A stretch of DNA of 62,306 bases, filler included, from Choristocarpus tenellus KU-1152 (lineage: Eukaryota; Protista; Phaeophyceae): assembly GCA_964200185.2 (NCBI GenBank). It is 10 parts of 10 records of this genome, joined end to end, with 100 filler letters (N's around TTAATTAATTAA, not from the genome) between each part and the next. Parts side by side here need not be neighbours in the genome. Positions count along the whole stretch, not along the records: positions 19,702 to 29,242 come from CAXNAD020003594.1; positions 29,343 to 33,234 come from CAXNAD020017318.1; positions 33,335 to 41,541 come from CAXNAD020004997.1; 7 more parts are not named here. The stretch is one strand, 5' to 3'. A program made the translations under genes and the position numbers. How positions within the stretch are numbered: position 1 is the first letter of the stretch; each line of letters begins with the position of its first letter. Below are positions 25,278 through 36,370 of the stretch, one piece after another. The notes beneath the pieces were generated by a model, which saw nothing but the letters and a program-made list of their open reading frames with translations, ran no database searches and was not told the origin of the DNA.

Positions 25278-28101
25278 TTAATTCAAAGCACTATAATCCA
25301 CTTTCCTTGTCATCTTTGAGTAGGCCTCACTTACTACCTCAAATACCTCTTGTGCTCTCATGGCATGCATTGGATACCGTGCCCAGCGATCTGGATGCCA
25401 GATCAGTGACTTCTGGTGGTATGCCTGCCTCACTTCACTGGCACTTGCATTACGATCCACTCCAAGTTGCTCCCATGGCTTCCCCTCGGCAAGGGGTAGC
25501 CCAACTCCAGTCTCTAACATCTCTATTCCTGAGTGATACCACAGCCAAGCTGTCCTAACGTGCACTGTCCCCTGTCTCACCCAATTCACAACTGCAACAT
25601 GCACACCGTTCTCTTCCAGGAGGTCGGCACAAGCCAATGCATGCCACACCCTGTCCCCTAGAGCGACTGATACTGCCTCTGTTGCAGTTGGTTGCTGTCG
25701 GTCAATGTCTAGGCTGCCCGCCGGGCATGCTAGTGAAGAAAAGATTCCCATGCATTGTTTGGTCAGGAGACCCTGCTTTGTTTCAGCTACAACAACAAGG
25801 GCAGAGGCCATGGTGGTACTGCCTATAGAGAACTGAACTGTGAGGTTCCCTGCACCTGTGAAGATCAGCTGAGAGAATTCCACTATCCCACCTTGGGAGG
25901 TGTTGGTGCGTATTCCATCAACTGAGGCACCCCCTGATCCGTGGACAGCAACAGATACACGAACAATTGTTGAGTGATCTCCTGTCATGTGCCATCCCCA
26001 CTGGTCCTGTACCTCAAGCACAGCTTGCATGGGACTCCCTGGGTGGAGTAGGTCTCCATCATGGTGTAAGTATGTTATTTCTAGGTTAGAGGGCACAGGG
26101 ACTGCAATCCTGCATGCTGCCACATCAGCAGCAGAGGGTGGCCCAATGATGGAGTTGATGCACCTTGCAGGAGTATCATTTAGTGCTCTGCTGCACACTG
26201 AGACCCTCGTGCTTCCACCTAGCCTTGGAGCTATTGCCTCAGCACAGAAGGCAGGGGCAGTTGACAGGGCGCCCGCACAGAGATGTGCAGCATCTGTACC
26301 TGTTAGCCAGGTCAATGCAGCCCCTGCACATGCTGCTGTAACCTCCCCTGCAGGCCCCCCTGATGCTTCACACAAAGTTAACACATCTTTATCTTGCATA
26401 CCTGCTGGGGTACTCTTCCCGCACAATGCTGGTGCATTGTCAATGGTCCCTTGGCACAGCTTTGCAGCCATTTCATGGCTAAGGCGACGGTGGGATGAGG
26501 ATGCTGCCTCAGGGTTAAGGGGGCATAATGATTCACCCCAATCAGGATGGCGGTGGCTACGAGGCATGGCAACCTTGAGGCAAGTGGCTGGAGCATCTGT
26601 CATGGCTCCTCTGCAGGCCTGTGCACGGAGTGAAGCAGAAATCTGAGCAGGTGCCATAGCAAAACATGAAGCCGGAGACATTGACTCTGAGCCCTTGCAT
26701 AGGCTAATAGCTAATTGAGGGGCCCCTCTTGCTCTCACAACCATTACTGCACAGAGAGCAGGGGTAGTAGATGAGACCCCCTTGCACAAGGCCAGTATAT
26801 GGTCAGGATCTGCAATGGCGTAACGTACAGCCTTCACACATTCTGCGGGTTCAGAGTTGGACGCCCCAGCACAAAGCTCCACTCCGATAGCAAGTGGAAA
26901 GTCTTGTGGGATCTTCTTCAGGCATTTCACAGGAGCATGCACATTTTCTTCTTTTGCTCCCGCACAAAGTGATACCCTGTGCCCCACAGACAATGATAGT
27001 GCTGAAGCTGATACACACTTTGCTGCTGCGGTGTTAGTTGCATCACGACAGAGGAGAAGCCGGTGCAGGGTATCCAAACGTGGATCTCTTACCTCCCCTA
27101 TACACTTTGCTGGGGCATCTGAGATTGCACCTTTGCAGAGATCAATGCGTTGCTCAGGCAATAGCTGACCAAGATGCACCGCCCTGCTATAGCATTCTGC
27201 AGGTCCCCCACCAAGGGCACCATGACATAGGTCCCCTATAATATCGTTGTCAAGACCTTGCAAACTGCGAGATATGGCGCAGACTCCTGGTCCCACTGTC
27301 TCTGCTGACTTACAGATTTTCACGGCAGCTTCCCCCAACATTAATCGCGATACTAGGTTGAGGCACTCGGCCGGAGCTGTGCCCAGTCCGCCTTTGCAAA
27401 CATCAACCATAAGTTGCGGGGGCAGCCTAACGTTGATGTGTTCAACACATCTAGCTGGACCCTGCAAAGAGGAGGAGCAACATATTGTTGGTGTAGAGAT
27501 ACGCGATAAAATGTAGGATTTTACTTTAAAACGGGACTCCAACGATGATTTTTTCCAACTTCAGCAAGTAGCCTGTGAATGTTCCCAAGAGGGCTTCTAA
27601 GTTCTGAGACGAAAGACAACACTGCAGACAGGAAGGATCAAATCATACAACTGACAGTGGGCTGCTATGATAACGTTCACTGCTGCGTGTCCAACATGCT
27701 CTTACCTCCGACATCTCGTCCTTGCAAAGTCTAACCCGAAGATCTGGGGTAAAAGTCTTCGAAGCTTTAGTTGAGAGTCTTGCAACGCAGGACCCAGGTG
27801 CACTCGAAGATGCAAACACGCATAACTTCAGCACGAAGTCATTCGATAGACCGACTGCCTTTTGTGCAGCCCAGGCGCACTCGGCTGGAGCAATCGTGGT
27901 GGCATTTTGGCAAAGAAACGACCTTTGACTAGGGCCGAGGAAGTATGGTGCGCGACGTTCACACTCCGAGAAAGTATCAGCCCTTCCAGTCCAAAATGCT
28001 AATGCCAATACGAGCACATGTAGGCGATTGAGCCAGGGCTGTGGTGGAAAGAAGTTCTTCTCCTTCAATTTTAGAACCCTTCCGTAAGTTGTCCGCTCCA
28101 T
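25278..28101 (-). CDS. Cys-repeat / Ig-like / C-terminal J-domain protein, 2 exons, ~859 aa
   Basis: Exons 28101-27706 and 27461-25278 (GTAAG..CAG, phase 0). N-terminal hydrophobic stretch LHVLVLALAFW, 17 C-x10-C type repeats, beta-rich Ig-like segment (VLEVQDQWG..GIVEFSQLIFTGAGNLTVQF), J domain with WHPDRW. Confidence 0.88.
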
Positions 28102-28334
28102 GATGAGTCAAATGCACTGACTACGGAGTACGATGCAAGATCGCAGGAAGACGACGACGGTTTCGATATTCTACTTGACCATATTTTTTTTTGTGTACGG
28201 CGAAAGAAAATTTCGTACCTCGATTTCAACCCTTGAGACAATGAAGCTAGGAAAGAGATCGGGAGCTCCAAAGGAAGAGGACAGGTACCCCAAGGCGAAG
28301 GACTAACTACCCAGACGGTCAGAGGGGGTGGACC

Positions 28335-29242
28335 ATGCGAATCAGGAAATCTTGCACAACAGTAGTGGAATGTATGGTGGGCGCATCGCTCCAATGTGGT
28401 CGACTTGATCATGACCAGGGAGAGTTCAAAACCGAGAGGATCGACGAAGTTCGATACAAGCTTGGTGATCAAGTTTTCACGTTGAATAACAAAAGAGATG
28501 GCTACCAAGCAGCTATGATCGTAGAGATCAAGGAATCTGACCCAACGCAGGTCAAGGTTGCTTTCAAAGACAAACGGAAGAAGGCGGTGTGGAGGTTGGT
28601 GGATGACCTTTCCGACGAGAATGCTAAGACAGGCAAGGAGCAGGCTACAGGTCTGCTAGCAAATAATGTTACATCATCTTTATCACCCAGAGGTGGACCA
28701 CAGCCTGGATCTGGAGGTAACTCTGAAAATCTAGAGGCGATAGTGGTAGCATCAGTGGAGATAGGTCCTATACCTAAGGTTTCTAGCATATCTGAACCTG
28801 CCGCTGGGTTGGTCAATGTGGATCACCGAGTGCCACCACCAGCTCGGAAGAAGAGCAAGCAATTGACGAAGTTAGTGAGTGACCTGGTGGTGGCGGGAGA
28901 GACTTCTCTCCCTAGAAAGCGGGCGGCAGCTTCGGCGGCGGTAGAGGCGATTGCTGGAACAGGCACTGCCCGCCGAAAAGAAGCAAATCCACCACGCAGA
29001 AACGACATCTCTTCCTCGTCAGCTAGTACCAAACCCCCAGAGGCCAATCCTTCTCCCAGCAAGTCGTTGGTTCCAGCTTCTAATCAACACAAGAATGGCA
29101 TAGGTGGGACAGTTGTAACACACGCACCTGAGGTTTCTCGCACATCTGAACCTGCCGCTGGGTTGGTCAATGTGGATCACCGAGTGCCACCACCAGCTCG
29201 GAAGAAGAGCAAGCAATTGACGAAGTTAGTGAGTGACCTGGT
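28335..29242 (+). CDS. ORF with a Tudor/Agenet-like N-terminal domain and a repeated, disordered basic region; 3' truncated
   Basis: Open for more than 300 codons up to the contig end. YKLGDQVFTL..YQAAMIVEIKE..VKVAFKD..WRLVDDL resembles a Royal-family barrel. Start codon uncertain. Confidence 0.55.
28773..29242 (+). repeat. In-frame direct repeat with 354-bp period (28790-28888 identical to 29144-29242)
   Basis: 99-nt identical block encoding SEPAAGLVNVDHRVPPPARKKSKQLTKLVSDL. The contig breaks inside the second copy. Confidence 0.9.
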
Positions 29243-30334
29243 NNNNNNNNNNNNNNNNNNNNNNNNNNNNNNNNNNNNNNNNNNNNTTAATTAATTAANN
29301 NNNNNNNNNNNNNNNNNNNNNNNNNNNNNNNNNNNNNNNNNNCCCCCCAGATACGTTGACCCTCATCACCTGGTGGGTTGGTTCTTCCACAGGGTATAGG
29401 TGTGGATATGCCACCAGCTACCGGTGTCTTCCCCAGTGCAAAATTGTGGAAGGTGGAGGATTCGTCGCTGAGGAGTTAGATATTATCCGGATTGAGGTTG
29501 TCCCCGAGGGCGGTGCATATGATTACAATGTCTTCTGGTTGGGTCTGGAGAAGGGCGACTTCTCTCTCGTGGGTAGCGTTCGTTTCAGACTTGAACTCGT
29601 CAAAGTCGTGCTTGGACGAGGCGTTTTTATCTGGCGCGATCACAATGTTTGTGATAGTTGTTATCTCTGTGGTGGTGGAGGAGGAGGCAAAGGACATGGC
29701 GAAGTAGGAGGCAAAACAACGGGAAGAGGGGTTAGCGTTAGGAGGCAAGGGATGAGGTAGAAGTTGGTGAGAAGGAGTAAGCGTGGCAGGACACAGAGGA
29801 GGAGGCAGAGGCTGAGGAAAAGATGGATGGATTAGAGTACGTGCAGCTCGTTAAACTTGGGCGGATTATTCGAGCCCATAAATCAGGAAGACAAGTAGGG
29901 CTTGTAACATACGATGAAGAGGATGCGTATAGGGCTATAGTACCTGTACCACGATATAATTCCCCTTCTTTTGCCGGGTTCTGTCGATCGGTGTACAACA
30001 CAGCGAAAGTATGAATCAATCTGTTTGACGAGCAACTTTGCAACATATACAACTGGAAAACCCTGTGAGAATGTACGGTGTCAAACTGTTCAACGTCAGT
30101 AAGATCTGTGAGGGTCTAGGTTGTGTGTTTGGTGTAGGGAACGATGTTTGATGTTAATGTATGGCCATGTTGTACAATGATGTAATTGCTTGCCTGTATG
30201 TTCGTCACTGGTGTTCAGGGTAAACGTCCTCAGAGTATTTGACGATGTCCAGGTATTTTGTACCCTCCTCCACATCCTCCCTCAACACGAGGTCCCTTTT
30301 CACCTGCAGATTATATGAGGTTACATTAATGTGT

Positions 30335-30586
30335 GAGCCAAAGTATCTTAGAGGATACAGCTGCGTCCATTTGGAGACGAAAATCCGATGTCGCAATTTT
30401 GGTGTAATTTTGACTATCATGTTTGTTAGGAGATGTCAATATCCTTGTCTGGACAATCTTTTTCATAACGTATACATTTTACCTACTACGAAACAAGTAG
30501 GTAAAATGTCAATAAAAACCCATGGGAAGCCAAGCCCCACATGGACAAAGAGGACAAACTTCGTACCCTCTAAGATACTTTCACTC
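30335..30586. mobile_element. MITE family A, full copy
   Basis: GAGCCAAAGTATCTTAGAGG ... CCCTCTAAGATACTTTCACTC, flanked by TGTGT on both sides (TG-repeat context). Confidence 0.9.
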
Positions 30587-30944
30587 TGTGTGATCAGGGC
30601 GTTTATTGTGAGTTGGCTTGATACGAACTCAGATACGATGGACAGATGAGATGATGAACCTCACACTCAGTTGAGTACGTCCTCGCTGAGGATGTGTTCT
30701 ATCGAACAGTGAAGGCCATCAATTTCCAAAGCACGGCAAGACGGTTGGGCGGGTGTGTGTCGATTTGAAACAGTAATCCTGATCAGGAAAGAACCACATT
30801 GAATCGCAAAAGTTAAAGATTAAGATGAAAGGAATATACACACCGATACGGGTTAGATGTTGGGAGGGCAACCACGCAGAGGTTTGTGCTTGACATATGG
30901 CAGACAGTAGCGAACGAATTTCATGTGTTCTGTCGAACGGTAAA

Positions 30945-31993
30945 GAGTGAAAGTATCCTAGAGGGTACGAGTTTTGCCTTGTTTGTCAATTTGGGGCTTG
31001 GCGTCGTCCGACGTCATTCTGCTGATCGATCGAGCGATACCAGCACAACAAGATAATTTCGTACCGCATTTGAGATTTCCGTGCAAACAACTTTGAAACA
31101 GAAATCGAGAAAAGGAAAGCCTAAGCGCTTCATGGAAGCAAGGCATATTTTTAGAACCTTTCCATTTCGTTAGGATTAGTTGCGAAGATCGAAAATGAAA
31201 AACTGTAAATATCTCTTTCACCGAAATAATGGTTTTATGAAGGCAGTCAAACTCTATTGTCATTTTCCTCAAAGAGGCACCCGATTCGCGTTACCTCCCA
31301 CATGACGTCGTCCGACGTCATTGTACGGATCGATCGAGCGATACCAGCACAACAAGATAATTTCCTACCGCATTTGAGATTTCCATGCAATGAACTTTGA
31401 AACAGAAATCGAGAAAAGGAAAGCCTAAGCGCTTCATGGAAGCAAGGTATATTTTCAGAACCTTTCCATTTCGTTAGGATTAATTGCGAAGATCGAAAAT
31501 GAAAAACTATAAATATCTCTTTCACCGAAATAATGGTTTTATGAAGGCAGTCAAACTCTATTGTCATTTTCCTCAAACAGGAACCCGATTCGCATTACCT
31601 CCCACATGACGTCGTCCGACGTCATTCTGCTGATCGATCGAGCGATACCAGCACAACAAGAAAATTTCCTACCGCATTTGAGATTTCCATGCAAACAACT
31701 TTGAAGCAGAAATCGAGAAAAGGAAAGCCTAAGCGCTTCATGGAAGCAAGGCATATTTTTAGAACCTTTCCATTTCGTTAGGATTAGAGTAAATTCTCAC
31801 GTGCATATTTATGCCCATCTGAGGGAAATAATGAAGGCATTTGCTTCTAAATCGCAATCTGCACACGTTTTTTCACTGTTTTAGAACTAAAAAACGAACA
31901 AAAATACATGAAAAAGCCCTTCGTCGCCTAAATATTGAAGGCCTCAAATGGACAAACAGGGCAAATACTGTACCCTCTCAGATACTTTCACTC
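30945..31993. mobile_element. ~1.05-kb non-autonomous TIR element with family-A ends carrying an internal tandem array
   Basis: ~55-bp inverted termini GAGTGAAAGTATC..GAGGGTAC..TTTGCC.TGTTTGTC.ATTTG at both ends. Flanks TAAA/AAAA. Confidence 0.8.
31002..31787. repeat. 304-bp tandem repeat, ~2.6 copies
   Basis: Units start at 31002, 31306 and 31610 (CGTCGTCCGACGTCATT) and are highly similar to each other. Confidence 0.95.
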
Positions 31994-32974
31994 AAAATTA
32001 TCCATGGTGCATATTAGTTTACCGTTTGTCAGAACATGTCAATTGTGTAACATACACGAGAACACGATGTCAGGGGCGACATCCACCCTGCACATGTCAA
32101 CTGTTTCCCAACAGAAATTCGTACCAAAACACACTTCGTACCGTTGGACAAACTACCCCCAGGCACCTCGTCCAACACATGCTTCATCCTTTTTTTGGTA
32201 ACCTTTTGTATGTGGCTCGCGATTGATCGCATAATTATGCGACGCACACATTTTCAAGAGAGTATACTCAAGGTGTGCAATATAGGCTACGCAGTATATA
32301 GGAAGTTATATATTTATTGAAGAGTACAATTCAAGAGAAGTATTGATAGAGTTATTACGGACTGAGTATAGTAAGGGTCAAGGAATTGAGTTGGTGTGCT
32401 TCGAGTCGCAGGTTCGAGTATCGATGGTGGATTGATTTCTTATCTTGTTCAATATATTTTGTTCAATATAAGTGGCTGACGTAGTGTGACTGACACATAC
32501 ACATTCTGACGTGTCTGATGATGTGCGCAATAGATACTAATATAAGGAAGAGCACCCCACCACCAAGGGCTGTACAGACTCCGCTAGTAAATAAATCCAT
32601 ACAACATAAAGCAAAGACTCTTCCGGAATAGCTCTCTGTTGCATACAAGGCAGTTTCAGTTGTTGATGCGTGAAACACACCCTTCCCTATGCTTTCAAAG
32701 TGGGGTGTCATTCACCACGGCCCTTTTCCGTCTAGCACCTATAGAGTGACGAAACATTGTACGCGAGCACTTCTTTCCCCGAAGAAAGATGCAATATATT
32801 ACTACTGAGGTTTTTCGCATGATGAGGATCGATCACTAGTGTCAAAGGAAACAAACCCACCCACCCAATTTACATCGTGACCTCCTTTCGATCCCACTCA
32901 GGAGACGGGGACTAAAGAGACTACCCAAGACCAGTGCCGCCCGTTCGTGGAAGAAATCTAAAACGGACCAGATA

Positions 32975-33234
32975 ATGGACCTCTTCCTCTCCATGTTTGT
33001 CAACCACAATGGATCAGAAGAGATGGAAGAGAGCGGCCGCACTTGGAACGACCTTGCCTCTTGGTTGTTGGATGAGAAGAGCAGATTTTCACCGTTGGCA
33101 AGTGCACTGCGAGTTGCGTTGGGTCGGGAACAACGCGAGTCAACGCCTGATCTCCAGGTTTATACATTCCTCCAAGGTATAAAGAATGATCTTAGCACCG
33201 ACCACACGCGCCAGGTGTACAAGTCCGTCCTCGT
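32975..33234 (+). CDS. Hypothetical ORF fragment, truncated by contig end
   Basis: Protein-like composition (MDLFLSMFVN..TWNDLASWLLDEKSRFSPLASALRVAL). No family recognised. Confidence 0.3.
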
Positions 33235-33334
33235 NNNNNNNNNNNNNNNNNNNNNNNNNNNNNNNNNNNNNNNNNNNNTTAATTAATTAANNNNNNNNNN
33301 NNNNNNNNNNNNNNNNNNNNNNNNNNNNNNNNNN

Positions 33335-33439
33335 ATCTTTATCCATCCGACGTATGCAACCAAATCACCCAAAAACGCGACATGAAAAAATCGACCCCAA
33401 ATGGACAGACGCCACCCCCCCCCCCAGATACTTGGAGTC
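33335..33439. mobile_element. MITE family B, partial
   Basis: Matches 431-530 and ends CCCCAGATACTTGGAGTC. Confidence 0.85.
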
Positions 33440-34883
33440 AGCACATTGAGCCACCAAAACATATCTGCTGAGTCCTGTGTATATGGGCATTCCAATGACA
33501 TAAGTCTCACGTCATTAGCAAGTAAAACCAGATTATCCCTTCTATTGCACAACCCATTGTGAGTGAAAGGTGCTAGCCTAGCTTGATCGACATGTTAGGA
33601 TGCCAGCTTTCATTCCATATATGTACTATAAGATGAATTGACCTTTTTGCAGATTATACAACGTTTGAATGGCTCTAGTCTATATTTGAAGCTGTATAAT
33701 TTGATGCAAAATACGCCTAGAATGGCCATGTCTCATTTTCTGATCAAGAGATCGTTTCCACTTGTGTGATTCATTATCATCACCATCCGTTGGCGTCAAG
33801 GGAAGTCCAGGTGAAGTTAGGACTTCAAATCAAATTCATGCACCTGGGCTTGCCCCCATGTTTCCAACCATATATTTATTGCTGTCTAACTCAAAATAGT
33901 TTAGGAGTTATTCCATTTTTCCTACATGCTAGGTTCATCCGGAAACTAGTAGATAATTTCTATGTCAAAAGCGTCACATGTATTAAACAAACTACAATTA
34001 TCATTCAGAAAAAGTATTTACACTAACCAGCGGTTGATGTTTATGCTCGGCCTCTTTTCCTGAGTGTCATTTTCGTCTCATCACAACAATATCATTGAAT
34101 TACCCTCATTCATTCATCGTTTGCGTTCTTCCATGCTCATCGATTGTATATGATATGGGGGAGAGTTCCATATAACGGTTTCAAAAAATGCTTGTATGAA
34201 CTCGATGTGTAAGATTTGGATGATTGGATTGTCTAGGCTGTTTGATTGTACTGGTGGTTTGCTCCAATTCTCAGTCAGTCAAGCCTCACCTCTGTCAGTC
34301 TATAAAAGTTATGAATCAATAACGAAGAATCAAAGCATTGTGGTCCAGGAACATTCTGTGACAGAGCATTCATCAAGGCATCTTCTACTTGCACTATTTT
34401 TTAAGGATTGAGATAATATCACTCAAACTAGGTAAGGCTAACCAGGTTGTATCACAAAAGTCCTTTGCATACTACCAGCAGCACCATGAGTAAGTCCGCG
34501 CCTGTTCTTCATTCAATTATATTAATTTACACCTTGTCTGTATTGAAGGTTTCAACAAGAATGCATCATGTTCTTGTTACTTTACCAATGCTGGCATCAT
34601 CCATATTTCTGTTGTTGTTCTCGTACCTGCTACGAGTATTTATACCAGTGATAGTCACTTTACATACACCATTAATATGTAGTGTTAGTCATAGTGTACC
34701 AGGAGCTGTTTCAGTTGGCAGTATCCATCCACCCATTACCAATCCAAACATAGCTTTTGCAGCCGTGATGAAGAAGCAAGATGATTTTTTCACACATTCA
34801 TATTTTATGGGTGTATTGTGCAGGCATTAATAAGCCGCCAACCAAATTCTCGATCAAAATAGGGCAGCCTACACCTAACTACG

Positions 34884-35102
34884 GACCCAAAGTAACTAGG
34901 GGGAGGGGGTCTACACCAGAGTGTCCATTTGGACCAAAACCAGGAAATGTGCACTTTCATTATCCATCCAAGGCATGGAACCAAATCACCCAAAAATCGC
35001 GACATGAAATATTGGCCCCAAATGGATAGCCGCCACCCCCTCCCCAGATACTTTGAGTCAGGGTCAAAAACGGACGCTGGCACCCCTCAGTTACTTTGAC
35101 CC
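34884..35102. mobile_element. Composite MITE: outer element (TIR GACCCAAAGTAACT/AGTTACTTTGACCC, TSD TACG) containing a family B copy (34902-35059)
   Basis: TACG at 34880-34883 and 35103-35106. The inner copy is flanked by AGGG at 34898-34901 and 35060-35063. Confidence 0.8.
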
Positions 35103-35159
35103 TACGAGATTCTGTCTCCGAAACCCTCCAAAACTCTGTTCCACCCTGAGGCATTTGGG

Positions 35160-36370
35160 GGGAGCTTGCCCCCCTTCTCAGCCTTTTCCTTACCAAGATG
35201 GGAAATTTTGAAGATGGTGTCACCCTTGGACCCAGCACTTCATTAAATTTCGGAAGAGGCTCTGCCAGACGCGCCCTTGAGTCTCCCAGGGGGAAACATC
35301 TAATGCCTCCAATGTGGCCTCCACCATGTCCTCTGTGTTGGTCACCCCCACATCATCCTTCAGTAGCTGGATGGAATGAGCGAATCCCAGGTTGTTGACG
35401 TTGAGGTCAGATGAGTTTAATGACTGGGTCTCTATGACAATGTCGTCCCTCGTCATCTCCTTGACTGACTCCATGATCCCCCCCTTGGTGTGTGGCTTTA
35501 CCCCGTCCTGTTGGATGGAGATGGTGTGTCCTTCCAGCTTAGGCTTATGGACCTTGATTGCCGGGGTGACTTCCTCGATTGTGAACTTCTTATACCTCTC
35601 CCCATCCACCGTGGCTGGCACAAGCGCCTTGGTGCCCTTGGGTTAGTATTTGCTGGAGTACTGAGCGACGTTTGTGTGTACAATTGGCCAGATCCTGATT
35701 CTCCCATTGAACCGCAACCCATTGGGGAGCTTCCTAGGTTGGGCCTCAGCTGCAAGGAACATCACCTTCGTAATGTAATACTTATTCTGTGCATGTGAAG
35801 GTTTGGGGGGGTCCTCAGGGGGGTGCAGGTACACACCTTACCCGTTTTTGAGGATGTAAAGTCACTTCTCGTCTACATGCACACCCAGTCATACAGATCG
35901 TCCACTAATACCCCACTTCCTCCCTCCTGTGTGTATGGCTAATGACAAACCCACCCTGTTGACTCTCTGCTGGTCTGAGAGGACTGATTTAATCCACTGC
36001 TTGACCTTCTTCACCTTCTTGCACTTGCACAGATCCCACAACGAGGAAAGGGAGAACCCAGTTTTGGCTGCCCAATTGCAGAAGGATGTGTGGTGTATCA
36101 ATGGGACATCCCAAACGCCGAGGATACTTGTACGGCAGCCACATTGCCCCTTGTGATGTCATACAAGGTCTATACATTCACCTCATGCTATCTGGCTGTC
36201 ATACTCCTTCAAAAGACTGAACACGGTAATCCAGGAAATTCCGAAGTCCTCTGTGGTGGCTGCTGCTGTCCCATGAGCCATCCGAGTCTTGCACCCTCTC
36301 GCCTCCAGGCATCATGCCACCAGACTGTTTTTTGTTAGGGTGTTTGAGCTGTGACCCTGGATAGACTTAT
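35160..36370 (-). pseudogene. Degenerate Tc1/mariner transposase (plant/oomycete-type mariner)
   Basis: Broken frames give VHVDEK*, ITKVMFLAA..PR..FNGRIRIWP, IQQDGVKPH, NSSDLNVNNLGF..SIQ and RVWQSL, with stops and frameshifts. Confidence 0.9.

Noticed and set aside
25637-27928. Plus-strand ORFs such as 25987-26646
   Set aside because: Antisense shadows of the Cys-repeat J-domain CDS.
14769-29242. A larger silencing cluster of RGG-Argonaute, Tudor-like protein and two J proteins (plus SPT6)
   Set aside because: The Tudor-like/J pair and SPT6 are on different contigs from AGO, separated by linkers, so there is no evidence of linkage.
29356-30780. ORFs at 29356-30052 and a candidate terminal exon at 30303-30205 (minus)
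   Set aside because: The candidate upstream exon has stops in all three frames and there is no recognisable family.
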